DNA from: Armatimonadota bacterium
Lineage (GTDB): Bacteria > Armatimonadota > UBA5829 > DSUL01
Reading direction: 5' to 3'
Assembly: GCA_039811685.1 (NCBI GenBank)
Contig: JBDHZC010000005.1
Span: 64,001 to 128,000 of the forward strand
Length of the DNA: 64,000 nucleotides
Shown here in pieces: positions 46,720 to 56,788 of the stretch. The notes below the pieces were generated by a model that worked only from the letters and a program-made list of their open reading frames with translations, was not told the origin of the DNA and did no database searches. Numbering within the stretch: position 1 is the first letter of the stretch; every line of letters starts with the position of its first letter. The position numbers and the translations under genes were made by a program.

Positions 46720-47243
46720 TGCAGCACGACACGCGCCCGCGACAGGAATACGCCGGCGGGTACCGCTTCTGGGGCGCAAGGACGTGGCTGCTGTACGCTG
46801 GCGGCTTGGCGGCTTACCTTATACTGTGGCTGCTCGGCCTTGCGCTCAAACCTGTGCCCCCTGTCTTTCCCGGGGCGCAGGTGACTGGCGGCCAGACCTC
46901 GGCCGCACCGCTGTTTTCGGCGCGGGTTACGCGGGATTTCGTGAGCCATGCGGATTTCGAGAAAGTTCTCGCGTGGTACCGGGTGGCGCTCCAAAGCACT
47001 TCCGCGTCACCCGTAAATGGGCTCTTCGTCGATACGGCAGGAAAAGCTGGCAGCCGTAGCGCTCGTCTCCTTCACCCTTCCTGGCGCGGAACCACCCAGG
47101 TGACGCTCCGCCAGGCGTCGCAGCAGACGCAGATACGCCTGGTCAGCTCGGGGCAGCCCCCGCCTTCGCCTATCGCCCTCATGGCTCTATTGTTTGGAGT
47201 GTGGGTGGCGCAGCGGCTGCGCCGGTTTCGGATAACGGAGTAG
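46716..47243 (+). CDS. Hypothetical membrane protein
   Basis: Two hydrophobic segments flanking a soluble loop. Confidence 0.55.
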   Translation: MMQHDTRPRQEYAGGYRFWGARTWLLYAGGLAAYLILWLLGLALKPVPPVFPGAQVTGGQTSAAPLFSARVTRDFVSHADFEKVLAWYRVALQSTSASPVNGLFVDTAGKAGSRSARLLHPSWRGTTQVTLRQASQQTQIRLVSSGQPPPSPIALMALLFGVWVAQRLRRFRITE

Positions 47244-47340
47244 CCCTCCGCGTCAGATAGCGCCCTACTTATTCCGCATGCTTCTTTCATCCAGCATCGA
47301 TTTCATCTCTGTGCGACTACCCATGATACAATTCGGCTGC

Positions 47341-47369
47341 TTGACGCGGTGCAGAGGCTGCACTAGAAT
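47341..47369 (+). promoter_or_regulatory. sigma70-type promoter
   Basis: TTGACG-17 nt-TAGAAT. Confidence 0.7.
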
Positions 47370-47476
47370 AAGCATCCCAATACGGGCGCGCTTCGTGCTG
47401 GAGCGCTAACAATGCTGTTTCCGGGAGCGGCGACCAGCGATGAAGCCGGTGAAAGACAAAGGAGGACCTGACGACT

Positions 47477-48859
47477 ATGAGGCTGTCTACAGTATTTCGG
47501 CTGTTGGCGAAAGTGAGCTCAGCTTTATCTGCTGTGCTCATAGTAGCCTTCGCTACCGGGCCGCTTGCGGCTGACTACGGCAATATTGTAGTCAACGGTG
47601 ACTTTGAGAACGGACTGACAGGCTGGAATCTGGCCACCCCCACAAAACCAGCCTACAACTACAACAATCCCCCGATCTCCCCACAGATATTCAGCGGTAA
47701 CGGTCCTGTAAAGACCCAAACCTATCAGGGGACGTTTGGAGACCCGGTCAATACCATTCCGGCAGCCTACAACAATCACTCCATCGGGTGGTTTCGCTCG
47801 GGACCGCCCGCTGACAACTACGGAACGCTACCGGGCGGCTTTCTCTACAACTTCGTTTATCAGAACATCTTCGTAACGCCCGGCGTCGAGTACACCATTG
47901 AAAGCGCCAACTGGCAAGCCTCGGCCTGGAACACCTACGACGACTCGAAAAACAGCATCAACGAGATCGCTGCGATGCTGCTGATCCGTATGGATTCGCA
48001 GCTCGATACTCCCTACGACCCGAACGATCCGTCCACCTACAGCTTCCGGAGCACCTGCTGGAATCTGGCGTCGCTCGGAAACTGGGTTCCAAAGCAGTTG
48101 ACGCCGGGGTCTAAGTTCACCAGTACAACTGGGCGCGTCCAGATTCAGGTTCACTTTCAGGACGGCTACTACGACCGGGACTACGGGGACGCCTACACCA
48201 ACGTGATGATGGACGACCTCTACATCGGGCTGGACAAGCCGCTTGTCGCTCCGCCGACAGTTGCGTCTATCGCTGAGGCTAAGTCCAATCCCGATAGCAG
48301 CACGTTCAACATCGCCAATGACGCTGTGGTTACCCTTGCGGGGCAGGGCTTCTTCTACGCCCAGGACCCGGACGGCACAGCGGGTATCCACGTGAACTCG
48401 AGCGCCACTGTCGCCGTTGGAGACACGGTCAAGCTGGATGGCGTGACGATCGTCACGAACCCGGACGGTGAACGTCAGCTTAACGTTCTGACAGCCACGG
48501 TCACGGGCACAGGGACCACCAAAGTCCGAAAGACCACTAACAGAACGATTGACGGCAATGGCTATCCGGACGGTGAGATCCCGCTCAACCAGGGGCTGCT
48601 CATGAAGACCTCGGGCCGCGTGATGGACTCGCAGGTGGACCAAGACGGTAACCCGGTCCTGTTCATTGACGATGGCTCAGGTGTGGACGGCGGCAATACG
48701 CTCGGGCTGAACGGACTGCGCGTGATTGGCGACGGTACGGTGGATCTGTTTACGAACTACATCTTCACGGGTGTCGTCTCATCGGTTCGCGTGGATGGCA
48801 GGATCATCCGGGTCCTGCGCCTGCGCGGACCCTCAGATATCGTGCGCGCCGACCTGTAG
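47477..48859 (+). CDS. Exported protein with CBM-like N-terminal domain and uncharacterised ~200-aa C-terminal domain
   Basis: AAGGAGG RBS, signal peptide, NIVVNGDFENGLTGW; paralogous to 49004-49831. Confidence 0.82.
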   Translation: MRLSTVFRLLAKVSSALSAVLIVAFATGPLAADYGNIVVNGDFENGLTGWNLATPTKPAYNYNNPPISPQIFSGNGPVKTQTYQGTFGDPVNTIPAAYNNHSIGWFRSGPPADNYGTLPGGFLYNFVYQNIFVTPGVEYTIESANWQASAWNTYDDSKNSINEIAAMLLIRMDSQLDTPYDPNDPSTYSFRSTCWNLASLGNWVPKQLTPGSKFTSTTGRVQIQVHFQDGYYDRDYGDAYTNVMMDDLYIGLDKPLVAPPTVASIAEAKSNPDSSTFNIANDAVVTLAGQGFFYAQDPDGTAGIHVNSSATVAVGDTVKLDGVTIVTNPDGERQLNVLTATVTGTGTTKVRKTTNRTIDGNGYPDGEIPLNQGLLMKTSGRVMDSQVDQDGNPVLFIDDGSGVDGGNTLGLNGLRVIGDGTVDLFTNYIFTGVVSSVRVDGRIIRVLRLRGPSDIVRADL

Positions 48860-49003
48860 AGAACTCTCTTCTACGGGTGGTAGTGGCCGGAGCGGGAAGC
48901 TCCGGCCCGCGCCGGAAACGGCAGGGAAGCTCTTACGAGCTGTGATACTGACATCATCTACAGCTCACGCGGGACACAGCGGTCCCTTAGAAAGGACATA
49001 GTC

Positions 49004-49831
49004 ATGCGAGGTTCAGTGCTTTTGCGCCTCATAGCGCCACTGCCGGTTGTCTTGGCAATGGCCGCGCCGGCGTTGGCGGATTTTGGCAACGTCATAACAA
49101 ACGGCGACTTTGAAAACGGTCTCACGGGCTGGTCTGTTGCCGGCCCCAGCAAGGCGGGGTATAACTACAACGATCCTGCACTGCCGCCACAGACCTATAG
49201 CGGAACGGGGCCGGTAGATCTGCGAACCTACCAGGGCACGTCCGGTGGTTCGGCCAGCGCGTTCACGTCTGCTTACAGCGGATCGTCTCTCGGCTGGTTC
49301 CGCACGGGTGACCCCAGCACCAACCACGGATCACTTCCCGGCGGATTCCTGTACAACTATGTGTATCAGGACATTTACGTGACTCCGAACGTCGAATACA
49401 CGATTGAATCAGCAACGTGGCAGGCGTCGGCGTGGAATGGCTACAACAACGCCAAGAACGATGCCAATGAGATCGCCGCGATGTTTCTCGTTCGCATCGA
49501 TGGGCAGATTGATTCGATATACGATCCGAACGACTCGGCAACATTTGCGTTCCGCTCAACGTGCTGGAATTTGGCGTCACAGGGAAACTGGATATCCAAG
49601 AGCCTGGCGGCGAACTCGAAGTTCACCAGCACCACAGGCCGCGTGCAGGTGCAGCTTCACTTCCAGGACGGGTTCTACGACAGGACTTATACGGGCGAAA
49701 ACACGGACGTAGGATTCGATAATCTCTATATCGGACTCAACAGACCCGTTGTGCCGGAGCCTTCAAGTGCATTAGCGCTGTTTGGTGGCCTTGTTGGCCT
49801 GGCGCCCTTGGTGAGGCGCAAACAGAGCTAG
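49004..49831 (+). CDS. PEP-CTERM protein, paralog of the N-terminal domain of 47477-48859
   Basis: NVITNGDFENGLTGW; VPEPSSALALFGGLVGLAPLVRRK. Confidence 0.9.
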   Translation: MRGSVLLRLIAPLPVVLAMAAPALADFGNVITNGDFENGLTGWSVAGPSKAGYNYNDPALPPQTYSGTGPVDLRTYQGTSGGSASAFTSAYSGSSLGWFRTGDPSTNHGSLPGGFLYNYVYQDIYVTPNVEYTIESATWQASAWNGYNNAKNDANEIAAMFLVRIDGQIDSIYDPNDSATFAFRSTCWNLASQGNWISKSLAANSKFTSTTGRVQVQLHFQDGFYDRTYTGENTDVGFDNLYIGLNRPVVPEPSSALALFGGLVGLAPLVRRKQS

Positions 49832-50035
49832 ATCCGGTGACTGGCCGGAGCGCAAGGCGGGCGCGGGGGCTTCTCTCTATTGAGCCTCCGCGCCTTTCTT
49901 GTACGCTCGTCGCTAAGTCCGGGCGCCGGGAAACGTTCAAAGGCAAAGGAGATGGGCTCTCTTTCGGCAAATACGAGTGCGGCCTCCTATAGATTTTGGG
50001 TGATGGAGGCCGTTGCAAAGACCAGGAGGTAACCA

Positions 50036-51988
50036 ATGCGAAGAGTCACCGCAGCTATAGTGGCGGGACTGACTATCTACGGGGCAACGACGGCCTGTAG
50101 CCAGGTGGTGATTAGCGGGCGCGTAAGGACAGCTTCCAGCCCGCAGTCCGCTGACCTGACACCGGTTGGCGGAATGTTTGTGTATGCCAGCCTGGACGGC
50201 TCCGGCAGCCAGTCCCTCGGGTCTCGCACCTGGGAAACAGAGCCGGGAGGATGGTACAGAGTGTCGGGTAGCGCCGGGCGCTACAGCATGGTTTTTTCCA
50301 ACCCCGGCGACGGGATTCGGCCTGCGATTCTCACGAACATCTTCACCAGAAAAGGAGACGATATTGACGTCAGCCCCCATCTCAATCTGGACTACGCTGT
50401 CCTGGAGTTCAAGGGCTGGGACACCAAAGCCGCCCACACCTACTACCAGCCGTTCACCGCGCGTGGACGCAGCATAACACAGGTATCCTTTCGCCTGGCC
50501 ACCGATGGCGTGGACGGGCAGGGTCCGGGCGGCCAGAACATGCTGCTGTCGATAGTGGAGGTCGGGCCTGGCAAACCGGATACATGGAAACAGACCGGCG
50601 CGACAATGCTCGTGCGCGACGTTGACACAGGCGGGGTAAAAAACTATGCCTACGGCGCCGGCTGGAACTCGGGCGAAGCTCCGACTGTTCCGGGGCGGCG
50701 GTACGCGGTGCGCCTGACAACAGAGAAATCTGATGGCAGCTTTCAGCCCTTCTGGAACAAGGCTGCCTCCGGTAACGGCTGCTACAGGGAGGGCGGTGCG
50801 CCGGGGAGCACAGACGGGTGGACCGGCAATGACATGTGCATGGTGATCGGCAGCGACTGTGACGGCCTTCTCATCCCCTACAACAAGCGCACCCTCAAGC
50901 CCTATCAGGACCTGGATGCGACACAGTCCGCGAGGAAATGGTCTCAGACCTATGTAGCGCAGGGTCGCAGCCTCGCCTCTGTTATCCTCTACTCCGCATG
51001 GAGCGGCGTTCAGCCGGGGCTATTCCGCCAGCGCGCGGCAGTGCGGGTTCGGGAAGGCGGACCAAACGGCCCTGTCGCCGGAGTGGAGAAAATCGCCACT
51101 GGCAATGGCATGCATACCGGAGACGCTTCCTGGGGAACATGCGGGGCCGTGTATTCACCCGGGGAAGTCCCGCTCAAGCCCGGAAAGACTTACGCAATAG
51201 AGTTTGAAAGCATTGAAAATATCGAGTCCCTGCACGACTATGTGGACATTAAAGATCATCCAACCGACGTGACACCCGCGTTCCACCCGTATGCCAAAGC
51301 CGCGCCCGACAGCTACCCGAAAGGGCGCGCCTACCAGGATGGCAAGCCAACTGACCTCGACCTGGATATGCAGATCATCGAATATGACAGAGATCTACCG
51401 CAGTGGAATCTGGCGGAGACGGGCCCGAATCTGATTGCGAATAGCTCTATGGACAGGGGAGCTCTCAGTGACGACGTTAAGGCTTTTGACGGATGGAGTC
51501 CTTTCCGCGTGAAGCCGGAGACGCAGCTTCAGGCTGTGGCGGACAAGTGGGACAATGGCAACCGCCTGTTGCGCGTACGCGGCGGCGGCACACAGCGAAG
51601 AGTCAACGGAGGCATAGAGGGCAAAGCAGCGGACGGCGGCTTTGTCACCGAAGTAGCGAAGGTAGCTGGCTCGCAGACCTACCGCCTGAAGGGGCGTGTC
51701 CGCTCTTCGTGGCCGGTGGATGACAAGCACTGGCTGGCTGTCGGCATTGACCGCACAGGGCAAACGGCAAATCCGGAGTCTTCGACAATTGAGTGGACCT
51801 ATCTGCCACCCACGCACAGCCTCTGGACACCGTACCTTTCCGAGCCGGTGCGCCCGGCTGAGGGCAGTCTGAGCGTCTGGCTTCGAGGTTACTGTTCAGA
51901 AAAGAGCGGCTTTCCGTTCACTGCGGACTTCGACGATTTTGAGTTGAGACAGGTGCAGACCAGTGTCTCCGAGGCAAACTCCAGATAA
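50036..51988 (+). CDS. Exported hypothetical protein with repeated beta-sandwich-like modules
   Basis: AGGAGG RBS, signal peptide; internal repeat QPFTARGRSIT / QTYVAQGRSLA and PGRRYAV / PGKTYAI. Confidence 0.75.
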   Translation: MRRVTAAIVAGLTIYGATTACSQVVISGRVRTASSPQSADLTPVGGMFVYASLDGSGSQSLGSRTWETEPGGWYRVSGSAGRYSMVFSNPGDGIRPAILTNIFTRKGDDIDVSPHLNLDYAVLEFKGWDTKAAHTYYQPFTARGRSITQVSFRLATDGVDGQGPGGQNMLLSIVEVGPGKPDTWKQTGATMLVRDVDTGGVKNYAYGAGWNSGEAPTVPGRRYAVRLTTEKSDGSFQPFWNKAASGNGCYREGGAPGSTDGWTGNDMCMVIGSDCDGLLIPYNKRTLKPYQDLDATQSARKWSQTYVAQGRSLASVILYSAWSGVQPGLFRQRAAVRVREGGPNGPVAGVEKIATGNGMHTGDASWGTCGAVYSPGEVPLKPGKTYAIEFESIENIESLHDYVDIKDHPTDVTPAFHPYAKAAPDSYPKGRAYQDGKPTDLDLDMQIIEYDRDLPQWNLAETGPNLIANSSMDRGALSDDVKAFDGWSPFRVKPETQLQAVADKWDNGNRLLRVRGGGTQRRVNGGIEGKAADGGFVTEVAKVAGSQTYRLKGRVRSSWPVDDKHWLAVGIDRTGQTANPESSTIEWTYLPPTHSLWTPYLSEPVRPAEGSLSVWLRGYCSEKSGFPFTADFDDFELRQVQTSVSEANSR

Positions 51989-52076
51989 CGGCTTGATCAC
52001 CGCGACTTCTGAGCGGCCGTGAGATGATGCGCGAGTGGAATATTCTCACGCGCTGGCATGGGCGCGACAGCCGGGA

Positions 52077-52871
52077 CTACGGACAGGGAAACTCATCTGA
52101 CGTGCCCGGCTGTCCGCGGAAGATGTAGCGGCCATCCGGGTACTTTCCATCGTTCCACGTCACTCCGCCGGGCACAGTGCCCGCGTGGCCGTCCAGAAAG
52201 CTGACACACGCCCTGCCGTTGTGCCGGGTTGTTGAGGCGTCCGTGCCCTGAAAGCGTTCGTTGTTGATTTGAGTGCACGCAGGGTCGCTGCCTTCCTCGA
52301 TCTTGCCAACCGCCTGATCTACCACGTGAACCACGGACGAAGGGTTGGCGAACATCGAGAGCTTCATGCCGGTAGTGCGCGCTTTCTCGTAGTCCGGCAC
52401 GCGGCATCCGGCCCAGGTCGTATAGCCGTTCACGGCATAGGTCCACTTCAGATCTGTGCCAAACTGGTTTTTGTACCAGTTCTGGTACTTCGGCGGGCAG
52501 GATGGACACATCACCATTACTTTGGTAGTGAGATAGCGCGTAATCACACCATCAAACTGACCGGTAGTGACATTTTCGTGGGTGACTGTGGTAAGGTGGA
52601 ACGCCTGGAGGCCCGGAAGAGTCTCTTTGTAGTCACCCGCGTACATAAGAAACGCCTGTGTTATCTGGCGCACTGTCTGCAGACACTTCGTCTGCCGCGC
52701 GGTCTCTCTGGCGCGGGCAAACACAGGGAAAAGGATCGCTGCGAGAATGGCGATGATGGCGATCACAACCAAAAGCTCGATTAGCGTGAATCCGCGCACT
52801 TCAGCAACAGGGCTGCGCCCGGTGAACAAGCGCCTGGCGTAGATCACGCGACCAGAATCTTCATTGACCAT
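52077..52871 (-). CDS. Prepilin-type N-terminal cleavage/methylation protein with H-X9-DG motif (DUF1559-like)
   Basis: GFTLIELLVVIAIIAILAAILFPVFARARE; RHNGRACVSFLDGH. Confidence 0.92.
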   Translation of the reverse strand: MVNEDSGRVIYARRLFTGRSPVAEVRGFTLIELLVVIAIIAILAAILFPVFARARETARQTKCLQTVRQITQAFLMYAGDYKETLPGLQAFHLTTVTHENVTTGQFDGVITRYLTTKVMVMCPSCPPKYQNWYKNQFGTDLKWTYAVNGYTTWAGCRVPDYEKARTTGMKLSMFANPSSVVHVVDQAVGKIEEGSDPACTQINNERFQGTDASTTRHNGRACVSFLDGHAGTVPGGVTWNDGKYPDGRYIFRGQPGTSDEFPCP

Positions 52872-53015
52872 TATCCCCTCACTCTCCACTACATTGTTGA
52901 GTGATTATCAAAGTGGGAACTCCCGCTTGACCCATCAATGATACTCTGTTTATCTCCCAGACCTCAAGAACAACGCTGCCGCACGGTTTCCAGGACCCGT
53001 TGAAATCTTTGACAC

Positions 53016-53546
53016 TCAGATGATCTTGGCGATGTTGGAAAGCGAGCGCCCATCCAGCCGGGAGACATCGCGAATTTCGAAGCGGTTTCCGTGCATATCA
53101 ATGAGGATTATGCGGTTATTTGGAAGGCGCACCACGTTGTCGCGCAGGTTTCTCAGGAAGAACTCACGCGGCCCCTTATCGGTTTCCACCATCAGGCGAA
53201 ACAGGCCAAACTCCTCCTTCATAGAGCGCACGCGGCGAATACGCGCCGTAAAGTAGCGCTGCTCCAGTTCATCTTCCAGCAGTTTGCGCATCTCAATCGG
53301 AAGCTGGCGGATGTCTTTGAGCATTCCGATCTCCTGCTCCTGATGATCAAAGAAGGTGACGTAGAGGTACTTGTTGCTGAGTGGGAACGCCCGGCGCGCC
53401 TCAACCTGAAAATACGAGACATCCGGCAAACTCAAGGCCAGGTCATCCCCTACCTTGCGCAGGGTGACCTGTTGCGGGTCCAGGAAGTGAAGGTCCAGGT
53501 CAATAGGAGGCTGCGGGACCAGACTGTTCGTTACGCTCATACTCAT
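53016..53546 (-). CDS. DUF1854 domain protein
   Basis: RRAFPLS, EIGML, LEQRYF, VETDKGPREF and DMHGNRFEI; adjacent to an ABC exporter. Confidence 0.85.
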   Translation of the reverse strand: MSMSVTNSLVPQPPIDLDLHFLDPQQVTLRKVGDDLALSLPDVSYFQVEARRAFPLSNKYLYVTFFDHQEQEIGMLKDIRQLPIEMRKLLEDELEQRYFTARIRRVRSMKEEFGLFRLMVETDKGPREFFLRNLRDNVVRLPNNRIILIDMHGNRFEIRDVSRLDGRSLSNIAKII

Positions 53547-53548
53547 CT

Positions 53549-55816
53549 CTAGGCGGTCATCCTGTCGCTTTCTTCCGCGGGCTCTCCCACCCGGCTGGCA
53601 GCCATCTCCGTCTGGATCTGCACCAGTTTCCAGTAAGACCCGCGTTTTTCCATCAATTCGTCGTGCGTTCCAAGCTCTGCGATGCCGCCATCTTCGATGA
53701 CCATAATGCGATCAGCATTGCGCAGCGTTGAGAGGCGGTGCGCAATGGCAAAGGTCGTGCGGTTTTCCACAAGGCGTTCAATCGCCTCCTGAATCTGGCG
53801 CTCGGTCTCGGTATCCACGGCGCTGGTGGCTTCGTCGAAAATCAGGATGCGCGGGTTGTGCAAAATAGCGCGCGCTATGGAGATGCGCTGACGCTCTCCT
53901 CCGGACAGCCGCCCGCCGCGCTCACCCACCTGCGCGTCGTATCCATCCGGAAAGCGCATGATGAAGTCGTGCGCGTTAGCAGCCTTTGCCGCCCGCATAA
54001 TCTCTTCTGCGTGAGCAGTTGGCTTCCCGTAAGCGATGTTTTCGGAAATAGTGCCGCTGAACAGAAACGCTTCCTGTAGCACTACGCCGATCTGACTGCG
54101 CAAATCTCTCAGACGCACCTGGCGCAAGGGTTGACCGTCAATTAGTATTTCGCCGGCCTGCGGGTCGTAGAAACGGCAGACAAGATTGATAAATGTGCTC
54201 TTGCCCGCGCCAGTCTTGCCCACAAGGCCAATCATTTCGCCGGGCTGCACTTCCAGGCTGACATTCTTGAGGATAGGCTTGTTCTTATCGTAGCCAAAGG
54301 TGATGTCTTTGATCTCAATGTGTCCCTTGAGATCAGGCAGCGGAATGGAGTTCTCGACATCCGCTACCTCAGGCTCTGTATCGAGCACTTCAAACACGCG
54401 CTCCGCAGCGGTGAGAGAGCGTGGCAGAGAATCGGCGAGGTTCGTCAACCACTGCAAAGGTCCGTAGAACATCGCCAGATAGCCAGTGAACATCAGCAGT
54501 GTTCCCATGGTCATCGAGTTGTTGATGACCATGATGCCGCCCACCAGCCACACCGGATACAGGCCGAACTCGATAAGAAGGGACAGAGTCGGCACAAGAA
54601 CATTCACAAGGCGCGTGGCGGAGTACTCGCTTTCAAACAGCCCGGTACTGGAGTCGGAGAAGCGCTTCATTTCGCGCCCCTCCTGCGCAAACGCGCGCAC
54701 CACCCGAATTCCGGCCAGCGAGTCGCTGAGCATGGCGGTCAGACGGCTCCAGGAAGACCAGTAGCGCGTATAGACAAAGCGCAGCCGCTTGGTAAACAGA
54801 AACGTAATCCCGGAGACAATTGGCGCTGGAGAAAGCGCGATAAGCGCCAGCTTCCAGTTCGTGACAAACAGCATGATGCAGATGCCGATAATCTGCAGAA
54901 TAAACACCAGAAAGTACTGCGCGCTGGAAACCAGAAACACCTGAAGCGCTCCGGTGTCCTGCGTCACGCGGCTCATCACCGCGCCCGTCTGGCGCTTGTC
55001 GAAGTACGCAAGCGACAAACGCTGAAGGGCGCTGTACACTTCACGACGCACATCCAGCGTTACGCGCCCGCCGAGCCACGCGGCCACCTGTTGTCTCCAG
55101 ACGCCTGTGCCATACGTCAGCAAGCGCACTCCCAGCATTCCCGCGACTATCAAAAGCAGCGAATGCACGCGCGAAGCCGCCGGAATGGGGACCTTTGCCT
55201 TGGGCATCAGGGAGATATCCCAGAGCGCCCGGCTGAGCATGGGAGGAACCAGAGACACCGCCGTGCTCGCCAGCAACAGCAGCGTGACAAGAGCGGACTT
55301 GCCCTTGTACGGCTTGAGATAGGCCAGCAGGCGCCGCATGACCTTGCCCTTGTCCAGACAGTGAGGACAGACTTTGGTGTACTTGGGAAGGCTTCGCCCG
55401 CAAGACGGACACAGAGCCTCCTGATCCTCGTCTTCTTCTTCAGGCGTCTCCTCGTTGTTGGCGATGGCCTGGAGGACACGGGCGGCGCGGTTGAACTTGC
55501 CAGACAACGTGTTGGAGTAGTGCAGCAGCGTGATGCGCTGTCCGTCGTGCAGAACTGTGAGTACGCCCCCACCCACCAGCGGCTCAGCGTTGACTTCGGT
55601 AATCTCCGAGTAGGGCACGTCCACGAGCACAGACGCCTGAGCCGGAGTGGGGTCCAGAACCAGAGCGCGGTCGTCTATAGCGACAAGCCAGCGCTCTCCG
55701 AAGTTGCCGTCCCGGGTGATGTCCGTAGAGGTTGCAAACTGGACGGTGTCCGTGGATTTGCCGAGAGATGCCAGAGCCTTCTCTACGGACGGAGGTAAGT
55801 TTTCGACGACAGACAT
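53549..55816 (-). CDS. ABC exporter (TMD+NBD) with N-terminal extension and Zn-ribbon
   Basis: CPSC..CPHC, GKTGAGKST, LSGGERQR and DEATS; start assigned to MSVVEN. Confidence 0.93.
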   Translation of the reverse strand: MSVVENLPPSVEKALASLGKSTDTVQFATSTDITRDGNFGERWLVAIDDRALVLDPTPAQASVLVDVPYSEITEVNAEPLVGGGVLTVLHDGQRITLLHYSNTLSGKFNRAARVLQAIANNEETPEEEDEDQEALCPSCGRSLPKYTKVCPHCLDKGKVMRRLLAYLKPYKGKSALVTLLLLASTAVSLVPPMLSRALWDISLMPKAKVPIPAASRVHSLLLIVAGMLGVRLLTYGTGVWRQQVAAWLGGRVTLDVRREVYSALQRLSLAYFDKRQTGAVMSRVTQDTGALQVFLVSSAQYFLVFILQIIGICIMLFVTNWKLALIALSPAPIVSGITFLFTKRLRFVYTRYWSSWSRLTAMLSDSLAGIRVVRAFAQEGREMKRFSDSSTGLFESEYSATRLVNVLVPTLSLLIEFGLYPVWLVGGIMVINNSMTMGTLLMFTGYLAMFYGPLQWLTNLADSLPRSLTAAERVFEVLDTEPEVADVENSIPLPDLKGHIEIKDITFGYDKNKPILKNVSLEVQPGEMIGLVGKTGAGKSTFINLVCRFYDPQAGEILIDGQPLRQVRLRDLRSQIGVVLQEAFLFSGTISENIAYGKPTAHAEEIMRAAKAANAHDFIMRFPDGYDAQVGERGGRLSGGERQRISIARAILHNPRILIFDEATSAVDTETERQIQEAIERLVENRTTFAIAHRLSTLRNADRIMVIEDGGIAELGTHDELMEKRGSYWKLVQIQTEMAASRVGEPAEESDRMTA

Positions 55817-56054
55817 AACGCGGGCACCCCCGGCCCCGATGGCTTGAGCGCAGCTCAGTGGAGAAGCGCGCGGGATCCACCGGCGGCCCGGCTCACGGAC
55901 GGCGTTAGCGCTTGCGCCGTACCATTGCCTGGGGCACACCAACCCCTTTCTCTCCAGATTCTATCACTCGCCCGTTTGAGTGTAAACACGAAGAACTCTT
56001 TGAAGGAGACTGTTTTGAACTTCTCGCGATCCGGATTGACGGCGGCGTGAATTG

Positions 56055-56648
56055 TTACGCCTGATTCAACAGATTGAGAGCATCCTTGAGGATGACAGCG
56101 GGGTTGCGCTGGTCCGTGTGATTCTTGGCGGCGTCCTGAGCGGCTTTGCGAGCATCCGCCCGATTGTACCCCAGAGCGATCAAGCCTTCGATGACGTCTC
56201 CCATCACGTCAAAGCGCTGATGATCCGCGTCCACAGAGGCCGCCAGTGCAATTTCCTGCAACTTCTCGCCGATTTCAAGCGATATTCGCTGCGCGGTTTT
56301 CTTGCCGACGCCTGGAATAGTCTGCAGACGGACGCCGTTGTCCTGCGCGGCATGCGCCAGCTCTCGCACGTCCATTGAAGAGAGCATCCCCAGCGCAATC
56401 TTAGGACCCACACCTGACACTGAGATCAACACTTCGAAAGCCTGCTGATCCAGCTCGCTGACAAATCCATAGAGATCGATTGCGTCCTCTTTGACAATGG
56501 TGTGGACGTGGAACGCCGCAGGCTCATTCTCAATCAGCCTCGTCAGCGCAGATGCGGGGGTATTTACCCGGTAGCCTACTCCGGCGACATCAACCACTAC
56601 ATAGCCTGCGCCGATCTTCAGAACAGTTCCCCTGATGTGTGCGATCAT
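56055..56648 (-). CDS. ruvA: Holliday junction branch migration protein RuvA
   Basis: VVVDVAGVGY, LISVSGVGPKIAL and IPGVGKKTAQRI. Confidence 0.96.
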   Translation of the reverse strand: MIAHIRGTVLKIGAGYVVVDVAGVGYRVNTPASALTRLIENEPAAFHVHTIVKEDAIDLYGFVSELDQQAFEVLISVSGVGPKIALGMLSSMDVRELAHAAQDNGVRLQTIPGVGKKTAQRISLEIGEKLQEIALAASVDADHQRFDVMGDVIEGLIALGYNRADARKAAQDAAKNHTDQRNPAVILKDALNLLNQA

Positions 56649-56788
56649 AGGACGATTATGACCTTTCGTTTACCAGTTGGCAGTCATCTGACGTCCCAGG
56701 CTCACGGCAGGGCATGCGGCTGGTGACAACGAAGGACACATCAGCGCCAGTTTTGTTGACGCCCAACACCGAATCACAGGACAATACT

